From: Bdellovibrionales bacterium
GTDB taxonomy: Bacteria; Bdellovibrionota; Bdellovibrionia; Bdellovibrionales; UBA1609
DNA length: 21,639 nt
Reading direction: 5' to 3'
NCBI GenBank assembly: GCA_050246815.1
Contig: JBFWVI010000030.1
Coordinates: forward strand, 1 to 21,639
Below are positions 1 to 7,670 of the stretch, piece after piece; positions within the stretch are counted from its first letter, which is position 1, and every line of letters starts with the position of its first letter. Below the pieces are notes generated by a model that saw only the letters and a program-made list of their open reading frames with translations, did no database searches and was not told the DNA's origin. The position numbers were made by a program, and so were the translations under genes.

Positions 1-566
1 AAACGAGTGTGCAGGAATTTTTCCAAGGACTCGGTGCGAGCCAGCTGGCGGTAGATCTCGCCCTTTTCTTCGTTGTCCAAAGTTAAGGCGGGCGTTGAGC
101 TTTCAAATTCTTTGCGAAACCAGTCGCGCACTTCGGGGCGGCATTCGGCCAGTTGTGCGGTCAAAGTTTGGCAATAACATTTTTCAAGGTGGCTGATGAT
201 ATTGCGCAAAGTGGTTTGGCCAAGTCCCAGGGTCGAGCCGATATGAAAATTTTGATCCAAGTCTTTTTCACTTAAATTGAAGTGTGCAAGTTCGAGCACG
301 AGGGCCTGGCGTTGATTCATTTCCAAGGGGTCAAGTTTGGCTTTCAAATGACCATAAGAGCGATAGGTCTCAATCAAGTTGTAAACGTCGAGCTCTTTGC
401 CTGAAAAGCCTTCGCCGGTGGAGCTATTTAGATTTTGGGCAAACTCCACGCCCTCAAAAAACATGCGCCATTCCGGAGGCAAAGAGTCCGGTTGCTGGCG
501 AAAGCGGGTGAACATGTCTTCGATATATTCAAGATTGGTGCGGCTCATAAAAGCAAACTTTTCCAC
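1..566 (-). CDS. sucA: 2-oxoglutarate dehydrogenase E1 component, N-terminal part (runs off the window's left edge)
   Basis: Not in the ORF track. Manual minus-strand translation from GTG at 566 (AAGAGG SD just upstream) gives MEKFAFMSRTNLEYIEDMFTRFRQQPDSLPPEWRMFFEG...LIETYRSYGHLKAKLDPL...LEKCYC...ARTESLEKFLHTR. This matches the SucA N-terminal motifs (N..YIE.M...DS...W..FF.G; YR..GHL.A.LDPL; E.FLH). Confidence 0.93.
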   Translation of the reverse strand, partial: MEKFAFMSRTNLEYIEDMFTRFRQQPDSLPPEWRMFFEGVEFAQNLNSSTGEGFSGKELDVYNLIETYRSYGHLKAKLDPLEMNQRQALVLELAHFNLSEKDLDQNFHIGSTLGLGQTTLRNIISHLEKCYCQTLTAQLAECRPEVRDWFRKEFESSTPALTLDNEEKGEIYRQLARTESLEKFLHTR

Positions 567-728
567 GGGCAGGCCTCTTATGTAGCGTCAGCTTCAAGTG
601 TTGTTATGACCAGACATCTTTATATCAAGAGTTCTTCTGCAGGGGTATCTTGGGCTATCTTAATGCGATGCGCAGTCAGTGGATTCTAGGCGTGCCCGAC
701 CGGACCAACTGTCGATAAGCTAGAGCAC

Positions 729-3626
729 ATGGCCAAGCGTTTTGCACGTCGATTGGGGCGGACCCTAATCACTTTATTTGTAACTTACGTGGTGATCCTT
801 TCGGTCATTTTGGGGGTTTTATTTTTGGCCCCTGAACTTTGGTCGCCACCCCTGCGCGAACAAATTGAAAAGCGCCTGCGAGAAAAGGCCGGGATTGAGG
901 TGGTGATCGAAAGGTTGCGTTTGGTCGGGCTCTGGCCGCTGACCATACGCTTAGATAATGTGCAACTAAAGCCCAGTGCTAATGGCCTGAGTGGTCAGAT
1001 CGCCGCTCTGGATCTTTCGATCAAAGGGGAAAGTATCGCAGGCAATTGGCTAAGACCCAAAATGGTACTGGCTTTGAAGATGCATGCGCCCCACTTTCAG
1101 TTGGTTAAAACCACAATTCAAGCACATGCAACAGACTCCTCGCCTCAGTCGGGAGGCGAGGAGTCTTCGATGATTCCCGCCCTGCTTAAGGTTCGACCAG
1201 TGGGTTTGGATGTGGGCTTGCAAGTGCGGGTGGAAGAGGGGCAGATCGAGCTGAACAATCTGGCCGCGCCTGTACGACTTCACCAGTTTTCCTTTGATTT
1301 GGAAGTTCCAAGTTTGCGTGAGTCTTGGTGGCGGCCGACCATGAAGACGGGTATGAAAGTTGAAACCTCAGTCGCCGGCACCAGTCTGAATTTGCCAATC
1401 ATGTTGGATATCCAAGGCTCGAGCCTAAATCCGCAGAGTTTCAACTTCGACAAAGTGATTTTGAACGTGGCCAACTTGCAGATGAGCGGCAAGGGGCAAC
1501 GGTTATGGCAAGAAGACACCGACGAGTTTCAGTTCACTCTACAGCCGGTGGATTTGCAGCAGCTCCCCCCTGTATTTTTGCCGCAGGGCCAATGGCAAGG
1601 CGCCTTTAGTGGAGGGTTTACTTACAAGCGCAAGGGTGACGCTTTGCCCGAAGTTCGCGGTGAGCTGCAGAGTCAGGGCGTGAAGGGAGTATTGGATTGG
1701 AAGCAAGGCGCACACTCGATTAAGGGGCATGTCGCGGTGAAAAGCAATATCCGCTTCATGTACGGTCTAGGCTTGGCCGTGGACGACAGTTCAGTGGCTT
1801 TGGATTTGACCGCCGCCGAGGTTTCAAGTCCGCCATGGTTCAGTAAGCCTAAGGGTGTTGAGATGGTGATCGATGTCGTGGCTGATTCGCGCGATCAGCA
1901 GTTGTGGCTGCGTCGCGCCTTGCTTCGCTTGGCTCACCTGCGACTCGAGGCCACGGGCCACTTTCGATTGCAAGAAGAGTTACGAGGACAGCTCGATTTG
2001 ATTCTGCCGCTCACAGTCATGGCGGGGCTCGAAAAGTACTTCACACCTTTGGCAAAGTCACCGGCTCGGGGTGAAGTGACGGGCTCAGTGAATATCGCCG
2101 GTCCCTTTCGACAAGCTGAAAAACTAACCTATGATTTAAGAAATTTAGAGTTGAGAAAAATAACCGGTAATTTGCAGTACGAATCCGATGGTCGTAAAGT
2201 CAAAGGGCCCTTTGGTGCAGACATCAAGCTTATGGGTCAGATGAGTCCCAAGGGGGTCGAACGCGCAGGTGTCAGTGGTTTTGCTGACCTGTCGCAGTTG
2301 CAGCTTGAATGGGGGACATGGCTAAAAAAACCCCCGGTTTGGCGCTTTCAGCTGACGGGACAAGCGGCAAAGCAGGGTGAAATATGGGATTTACGGCAAC
2401 TTCGTTTGGTGAGTCAGGGCGGCAATCTGAATCTGAGCGGCCGCGTGCGTCCTGACACAGCCTTTGGGTTTGATATTCAAGCACGTTTTGAAAATGCCGA
2501 TCTTAGTTTGTGGTCCGAAGTCGCTCGGGTGCCGGATATCAAGCTGGGAGGGATTCTAAACGGACAATTGAATCTAGCGGGAAAATTTATTCCAACCGAA
2601 AGTTTGGCGGGTAGTCCGTTGGCATTGAGTGGGAATCTTAAATGGCGTGAGGGAATTTTGCGCTATATTCCCGCCACAACAGTTGTGGCGACGCCGCCAT
2701 CGGACGAGGCAACACAATCCGCACTCGCCCAGCCCGCCGCGTGGCTGCCGTCTTGGCCACTCTATCGTCAGGCAAAACTCAAACTGGATACCAAATTTAA
2801 TCAGGTGCAGATTCGCGATATTAAGATCAATGGTGTCACGATAGTCGGTCAGGTGGGTGCGGGTCGTTTTCAAGGGTCAGGTAAAATCAATGATCTGTGG
2901 GGTGGGGAAGTTGGGATTGGTAAGATTTTATTGATGCCTTTAGTGGCTCCGGTTGGAATGGAACTTAAAGGCAGTTGGCAGCGCGTGGACGCGGATACTT
3001 TGTTGGCTTGGCTGAATCCCAAAATGAAGGGCTACATGCACGGCAAGGTCAGCGGCACGATCAGCGCTTCTGGCGCCGTACCGGTGGCGTCCGTCGGCTT
3101 CAAGCAGATCGCGGCCGAGGGTGGGTTGCAAGTGACCCAAGGGGTGCTGAGTACGTATCAAATTGAAGAAAAAATTAACGATAGCCTGGAAAAATTAAAA
3201 TTGAAAAGTAAGAGTGGGGTCAAGGGAAGGCCTGTGCCCTTTTATGCTCAGGCCGGATATCAATTGACCGATGGAAATTTAAATTTAGAAAATTTTCTGT
3301 TGACCACCGAAAAACGCGATGAATTGCGGCTGCAAGGCATGATTCGTGGCGATTTGGGAGTGAATTTAACCGGGACTGTCGCCATCGCCAATGTGAAGGT
3401 AAACGGAGCGATTGCGGCGGCCAATTCAGATAAACAGGGGCGGTTAGTTGTGCCTTTGCAAATCAGCGGAGATGTGCGGCGTCCGGAATTCGCACTGAGT
3501 AAAACCACGCTCAAGACCATGCTGACCAAAACAGTCGAAAATGAGGCTAAAGAGCTGGGTGAAAAGCTAAAGAAAGATTTAGGCAAAGATCTAAAAAAGA
3601 AATTAAAAAATATTTTTGGTCAATAG
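729..3626 (+). CDS. AsmA-family (AsmA-like C-terminal domain) envelope protein
   Basis: 965 aa. Single N-terminal TM anchor, long run of amphipathic Gly-rich beta-strands, AsmA-type C-terminus (LNLENFLL...LRLQG...LTGTV...VPLQISGDVRRPEF) and a terminal amphipathic helix. Confidence 0.8.
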   Translation: MAKRFARRLGRTLITLFVTYVVILSVILGVLFLAPELWSPPLREQIEKRLREKAGIEVVIERLRLVGLWPLTIRLDNVQLKPSANGLSGQIAALDLSIKGESIAGNWLRPKMVLALKMHAPHFQLVKTTIQAHATDSSPQSGGEESSMIPALLKVRPVGLDVGLQVRVEEGQIELNNLAAPVRLHQFSFDLEVPSLRESWWRPTMKTGMKVETSVAGTSLNLPIMLDIQGSSLNPQSFNFDKVILNVANLQMSGKGQRLWQEDTDEFQFTLQPVDLQQLPPVFLPQGQWQGAFSGGFTYKRKGDALPEVRGELQSQGVKGVLDWKQGAHSIKGHVAVKSNIRFMYGLGLAVDDSSVALDLTAAEVSSPPWFSKPKGVEMVIDVVADSRDQQLWLRRALLRLAHLRLEATGHFRLQEELRGQLDLILPLTVMAGLEKYFTPLAKSPARGEVTGSVNIAGPFRQAEKLTYDLRNLELRKITGNLQYESDGRKVKGPFGADIKLMGQMSPKGVERAGVSGFADLSQLQLEWGTWLKKPPVWRFQLTGQAAKQGEIWDLRQLRLVSQGGNLNLSGRVRPDTAFGFDIQARFENADLSLWSEVARVPDIKLGGILNGQLNLAGKFIPTESLAGSPLALSGNLKWREGILRYIPATTVVATPPSDEATQSALAQPAAWLPSWPLYRQAKLKLDTKFNQVQIRDIKINGVTIVGQVGAGRFQGSGKINDLWGGEVGIGKILLMPLVAPVGMELKGSWQRVDADTLLAWLNPKMKGYMHGKVSGTISASGAVPVASVGFKQIAAEGGLQVTQGVLSTYQIEEKINDSLEKLKLKSKSGVKGRPVPFYAQAGYQLTDGNLNLENFLLTTEKRDELRLQGMIRGDLGVNLTGTVAIANVKVNGAIAAANSDKQGRLVVPLQISGDVRRPEFALSKTTLKTMLTKTVENEAKELGEKLKKDLGKDLKKKLKNIFGQ

Positions 3627-3638
3627 GCGGGTCTGAAA

Positions 3639-4556
3639 ATGGAAGAATTAAAAATTTGGTTACAAAATGTTGGACAGATTTGGACCTACGAGCTTTTTGT
3701 GGTCGATGGCCAACCTTTCTCGTTGGGCAAATTGGTCACTGGAATCATTCTGCTTGCGGTTGGCTATTGGCTTTCAAAGCGCCTGGCTCGCACTGTAGAG
3801 CGACGACTGATCGCACGGCTTGAAATTGAAGCCTCCATGAAAATGACGTTGAGTCGCGTTTTGTTTTACTTTTTCTTGGCTGTTTCAACGCTTTTCACTT
3901 TGCATACTCTGAATGTACCGATCACCATTTTCGCGGTTTTGGGCGGCGCTTTGGCGATCGGTTTTGGCTTCGGTTCGCAGAATGTGGTTAATAATTTTAT
4001 TTCGGGCATCATTTTGATGATCGAACAGCCGGTGCGCGTGGGTGACATTGTTGAGGTTGACGGAGTGCGGGGGATTATCGAGATAATTGGAATTCGCTCA
4101 ACACACATTCGAACTGTTGAAAATCGCGAAGTCGTGATTCCGAACAGCTTTTTCCTTGAAAAGTCAGTGATAAATTCGACTCTTAGTGACGACATAATAC
4201 GTGGTAAAATCTCTTTAGGGGTAAGCTACGGTTCGAATATAGAGAGGGTTAAAGAAATTTTAGAAAATGTATGTATAGAAAATGAAAATGTGAAGACTGA
4301 GCCTAAGCCTCGAGCGCTGTTTTCAGACTTTGGCGATAGTGCATTGATTTTTGATATTCTGTTTTGGTATTCGCTACGTGGCGAGATCACGCTTGGCGAG
4401 ATTGAAAGTGAGTTGCGGTTTGAAATTAATAAACGTTTCAGTGATGCCAAAATTTCGATCCCATTCCCACAGCGCGATGTGCGTGTATTGGCGGATCAAG
4501 CGTTGAGGGTGTCTTTGGCCGCGGCTAATGAAAACGGGGTTCGCGAAGGCCGTTAA
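3639..4556 (+). CDS. Small-conductance mechanosensitive channel (MscS family)
   Basis: TM3 signature GGALAIGFGFGSQNVVNNFISGIILMIEQPVRVGDIVEVDG, plus IGIRST, IPNS, FGDSAL and IPFPQRDV motifs. Starts 12 nt after the AsmA-family gene. Confidence 0.95.
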   Translation: MEELKIWLQNVGQIWTYELFVVDGQPFSLGKLVTGIILLAVGYWLSKRLARTVERRLIARLEIEASMKMTLSRVLFYFFLAVSTLFTLHTLNVPITIFAVLGGALAIGFGFGSQNVVNNFISGIILMIEQPVRVGDIVEVDGVRGIIEIIGIRSTHIRTVENREVVIPNSFFLEKSVINSTLSDDIIRGKISLGVSYGSNIERVKEILENVCIENENVKTEPKPRALFSDFGDSALIFDILFWYSLRGEITLGEIESELRFEINKRFSDAKISIPFPQRDVRVLADQALRVSLAAANENGVREGR

Positions 4557-5985
4557 TGCCAACCCATTCGGGGGCAATAGTTAGTTCGCTTTCAAAGAAA
4601 ACGTCATTTAAAACAGCTAAAGCGCCGGGGTTGGCCCTACGTACGTCCTTGATCCATTCGTTTGACCGATTCAGTACCCATGCTTTGAATTCTGCCCACG
4701 ACAGTGGTTTTAGGCTTCCTGTTTTGGGGTAAAATTCATAGACGCCGCTTGCATTAAGATCAGCGTCTTTTTGCCGTGTTGCGACTTTACCAAAAAGCTT
4801 ATTCAGGTGAGCCGAAGCGTGGTTGAGCATATGATGGTTCATGCCTCGAACCACGATCAGTCGGGCGGTTGCGGGATTAATTTTAAAAGCCAGGGCATGC
4901 ATCCAGTAATGCACGATTGGCGGCAGGATCTCATCATTTTCTGCAATCAAAATATTCTTTTGTAAATCGGAGGGCATTTGTCGAATGTCTTCGAAAGCAG
5001 AGCTCAATAGCATGCCATTGATCATGCGAACCACACCGTTGCGTACCAGTCGATCTTGTTGAAGATGAGGAAATTGTTTTTCGACTAGGTCGGCGGTCGA
5101 AGAGAATAGATCATCTGTGTAATACTGCTGGTGAAGTTCTTTTTTCTGCTGACGCCCCCTTTGTTTAGAAGCAATCCACTGAAAAGTTGATCTGGCGGCC
5201 CACGGCTTGAAGATCAGGGCCGTGGTGTTGACACAGCCGCTGACTGCGGTCGTCCACGAAGTAAACAGTCGGGGTAAATCCATGGCTAAACGAGCCGTCA
5301 GTTGGCCAGAATATGATTCGCCGGCCAAATAAATCGGTCGCTTGGCCGTGGCCGTCGCGGACGCCAGGTAGCCCAAGCGAATCAGGGCTTCTTGCAGTGC
5401 CTTGGCTGTGGAAGGGGCTTGGACAGTTTCAAAATCGATGGCGTCTTGGTGGTCTAAATGACCTTCTCGCAGGTGGCGAACCACATGGGAAAGACCTTGC
5501 CCTAAGGCCTCGAGCGTAATCACGCTTAGCCCATGTTTTTGTTGCTCAAGAATCAAGGCTTGAAAATCATGGTGCATGGCCTCAAGGCTACGCGACAAGC
5601 CGCCCAGTAAAATCATCACGCCGACTTCTTGTCCTTCGGCCGGATAAAGTCGCGCACGATGGAAGTTTTCAATTTTGTTTTTGTTGGGGCCGATCTTCGT
5701 GCGGATTGCAATCGTTTGAGTGTCTTTTACGCTTGAGACTAGCTCCATCGCCTTTAAAACCTGATTCACGGGAGTGTCTTTTGTAATCGTTCGACGCCAA
5801 TAGTTTTCGGCCTGTTCAAAGATCGGCTGATGAAAGGATTGCAAGAGACTATCGCAAACTTGTTTATTGACTGTCGCGGCCGCCAGCAGGCCCACAGCTG
5901 CGCTTTTTAATGGCACAGTCGCCAGCAAAAAAAGTAGCATTCCAAATGCGATTAGGCGACGAAGTATTGTCGTGATGAAACTCAT
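4525..5985 (-). CDS. Putative secreted alpha/beta-fold hydrolase (start uncertain: 5985 or 5940)
   Basis: Hydrophobic N-terminal signal-like segment. Oxyanion-region MILLGGLS, LEALGQGLS (like D.xGHGxS), nucleophile elbow YLAGESYSG, acid in AENDEILP and His in GMNHH. Confidence 0.75.
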   Translation of the reverse strand: MSFITTILRRLIAFGMLLFLLATVPLKSAAVGLLAAATVNKQVCDSLLQSFHQPIFEQAENYWRRTITKDTPVNQVLKAMELVSSVKDTQTIAIRTKIGPNKNKIENFHRARLYPAEGQEVGVMILLGGLSRSLEAMHHDFQALILEQQKHGLSVITLEALGQGLSHVVRHLREGHLDHQDAIDFETVQAPSTAKALQEALIRLGYLASATATAKRPIYLAGESYSGQLTARLAMDLPRLFTSWTTAVSGCVNTTALIFKPWAARSTFQWIASKQRGRQQKKELHQQYYTDDLFSSTADLVEKQFPHLQQDRLVRNGVVRMINGMLLSSAFEDIRQMPSDLQKNILIAENDEILPPIVHYWMHALAFKINPATARLIVVRGMNHHMLNHASAHLNKLFGKVATRQKDADLNASGVYEFYPKTGSLKPLSWAEFKAWVLNRSNEWIKDVRRANPGALAVLNDVFFESELTIAPEWVGINGLREPRFH

Positions 5986-6172
5986 AAGGAGACGAATTAG
6001 CAATAGATGTGCCCTCAGGGGAAGAGTTTTATCTGAAGACGGCTGTCGAAGTGCCTACACGAGAACAAAATGCGGCTTTATCCAATAAAATCAGGGTGTT
6101 CTTAGTGCACCTGAGAGGATGTTGCCAAATCCGTGGAATTCCAGGCGATTTTTTGTTACAACTGTCGTCTTG

Positions 6173-7102
6173 ATGAAAACACCAATTCAATCTCAACAAA
6201 CCAAGGCCTTAGAGCCTCCAGATGTGGCTTTGGGCTCTCGCCCCGAAGTGGCCTCTAAGCTCGAATGGGCGGGCATGGAGAAGGTCGCTTCGCCAATCAA
6301 AATGCGTTTGCCGGACGGGCAAGAGATCCTGACTCCCGCAGAGCTGGATTTAGGTGTTTCTTTGGACCAAGCTGAGGCGCGCGGGATTCACATGTCGCGC
6401 CTGTTCACTTTGGCGCAGCAGCGTCTGGGTCAGATGCCCTTAAACTTACTGAACGCGCGATCTTTGGCTGCTGAAATGATTACCAGTCAGTCGGGCCTAA
6501 GTGAGAACGCCTTTTTGAATGTGCGGTTCACTTTACCTTTGCTACGCCAGGCATTGGTGAGTGAGCAACAAGGCTGGCGTCAGTATCCGGTGTGGCTCAA
6601 AGTGCAGGGTAACCCTAAAAGTTGGACCTGTCAGATGGGGGTGGAGGTGCTTTACTCGAGTACTTGCCCATGTTCGGCGGCGCTGTCTCGTCAGGTCTTG
6701 CTGGACCAGTTTTCAGAGGCCTTCACCGGTCGGGCTTCTCTAAGTCCGACCGAAGTTAAAGACTGGCTGGAGGAGCACGGCTTACCCGCGACGCCCCATG
6801 CACAACGTAGCCGTGCTGTGGTGGAGGTAGATTTGGCTCAAGCCGAATTTGCCCCACATCCGTGGGAATTGATCGATTTGATTGAGGCGCGTCTAGGTAC
6901 AGCTGTTCAAGCTGCGGTGAAGCGAGTGGATGAACAGGCCTTTGCTTTGTTAAATGCGGAAAACTTCATGTTTTGCGAGGATGCCGCACGTTTGCTGAAA
7001 GCGGCCATGAATGAAGATCAGCGTCTTCGAGATTTTAACATTATGGTGGAGCATCAAGAGAGCCTGCATGCCCATAATGCTGTGGCGCGAACTAGAAAAT
7101 GA
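6173..7102 (+). CDS. folE2: GTP cyclohydrolase I, type IB (FolE2)
   Basis: Motifs RGIHMSRL, YSSTCPCSAALSRQ, ATPHAQRS, VKRVDEQAFA, MFCEDAAR and ESLHAHNA. ATG 6173 preferred over 6119 because a promoter-like element lies between them. Confidence 0.95.
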   Translation: MKTPIQSQQTKALEPPDVALGSRPEVASKLEWAGMEKVASPIKMRLPDGQEILTPAELDLGVSLDQAEARGIHMSRLFTLAQQRLGQMPLNLLNARSLAAEMITSQSGLSENAFLNVRFTLPLLRQALVSEQQGWRQYPVWLKVQGNPKSWTCQMGVEVLYSSTCPCSAALSRQVLLDQFSEAFTGRASLSPTEVKDWLEEHGLPATPHAQRSRAVVEVDLAQAEFAPHPWELIDLIEARLGTAVQAAVKRVDEQAFALLNAENFMFCEDAARLLKAAMNEDQRLRDFNIMVEHQESLHAHNAVARTRK

Positions 7103-7117
7103 GAGTTATTTTCATTT
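7097..7117. promoter_or_regulatory. Fur-box-like inverted repeat
   Basis: AAATGAGAGT-T-ATTTTCATTT is a 10-1-10 inverted repeat with 8/10 matched positions. It resembles the AATGAnAATnATTnTCATT Fur consensus, overlaps the folE2 stop and sits 3 bp upstream of the fur -35. Confidence 0.7.
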
Positions 7118-7120
7118 AAC

Positions 7121-7149
7121 TTGACGCTCAAAAGCCGATCTTTTAAGTT
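7121..7149 (+). promoter_or_regulatory. Sigma70-type promoter for fur-uvrA
   Basis: TTGACG (7121-7126), 17 bp spacer, TAAGTT (7144-7149). ATG follows 8 nt later with no SD. Confidence 0.6.
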
Positions 7150-7157
7150 TTGATCCC

Positions 7158-7670
7158 ATGGAACAGCAAAGCCGTCCCCCTGAATTGAGTCGTGGTTTAA
7201 ACGCAAAAACAGCTTCTGACACATTGATGAAGCGCGAGGCTTGGGATCCTGCCCAATTTAAACGCATTGTGCGTGAGATGGGGCTTAAGGTGACGACCCA
7301 GCGACTGGCGATTTTAGAAGCTTTGACCGGAGGGCGTGCTCACGTCACAGCGCAAGAGGTGTTTGAGGTGGTCAATCACAAGCATCCCGAGATTGGCTTT
7401 GCCACTGTGTATCGTTTTTTGCGCAAAATGACTGAGCTGAATTATGTGACCGAAGTGCGTATGGGTGGTTTGCCGGCGCGCTACGAGTTGACGCCGCGTC
7501 GACACCACGATCATTTGACCTGCACGCGCTGCGGGCGAATTGTCGAATTCGAGAATGTGCAAATTGAATCTTTGCAGGACCGTGTGGCGCGTGAACACGG
7601 GTTTCTTTTGACTCATCACGTGCTCGAGCTTTACGGTCTTTGTCGGCATTGTCAAAAGCCGAAGGGATAA
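7158..7670 (+). CDS. fur: Ferric uptake regulator (Fur family)
   Basis: GLKVTTQRLAIL, HVTAQE, IGFATVYRFL, RYEL, HHDHLTCTRCG, IVEF, HVLELYGLCRHC. The HHDH motif is typical of iron-sensing Fur. Two CxxC motifs form the structural Zn site. Confidence 0.88.
   Translation: MEQQSRPPELSRGLNAKTASDTLMKREAWDPAQFKRIVREMGLKVTTQRLAILEALTGGRAHVTAQEVFEVVNHKHPEIGFATVYRFLRKMTELNYVTEVRMGGLPARYELTPRRHHDHLTCTRCGRIVEFENVQIESLQDRVAREHGFLLTHHVLELYGLCRHCQKPKG

Noticed and set aside
284..689. Three short plus-strand ORFs (284-511, 397-585, 435-689)
   Set aside because: They are antisense to the clearly recognisable sucA frame and show no protein-like motifs.
7116..7141. Sigma28-like GCCGATCT upstream of fur (and GTCGATAA at 711-718 upstream of the AsmA gene)
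   Set aside because: No correctly spaced -35 element. Sigma70-type elements explain both regions better.
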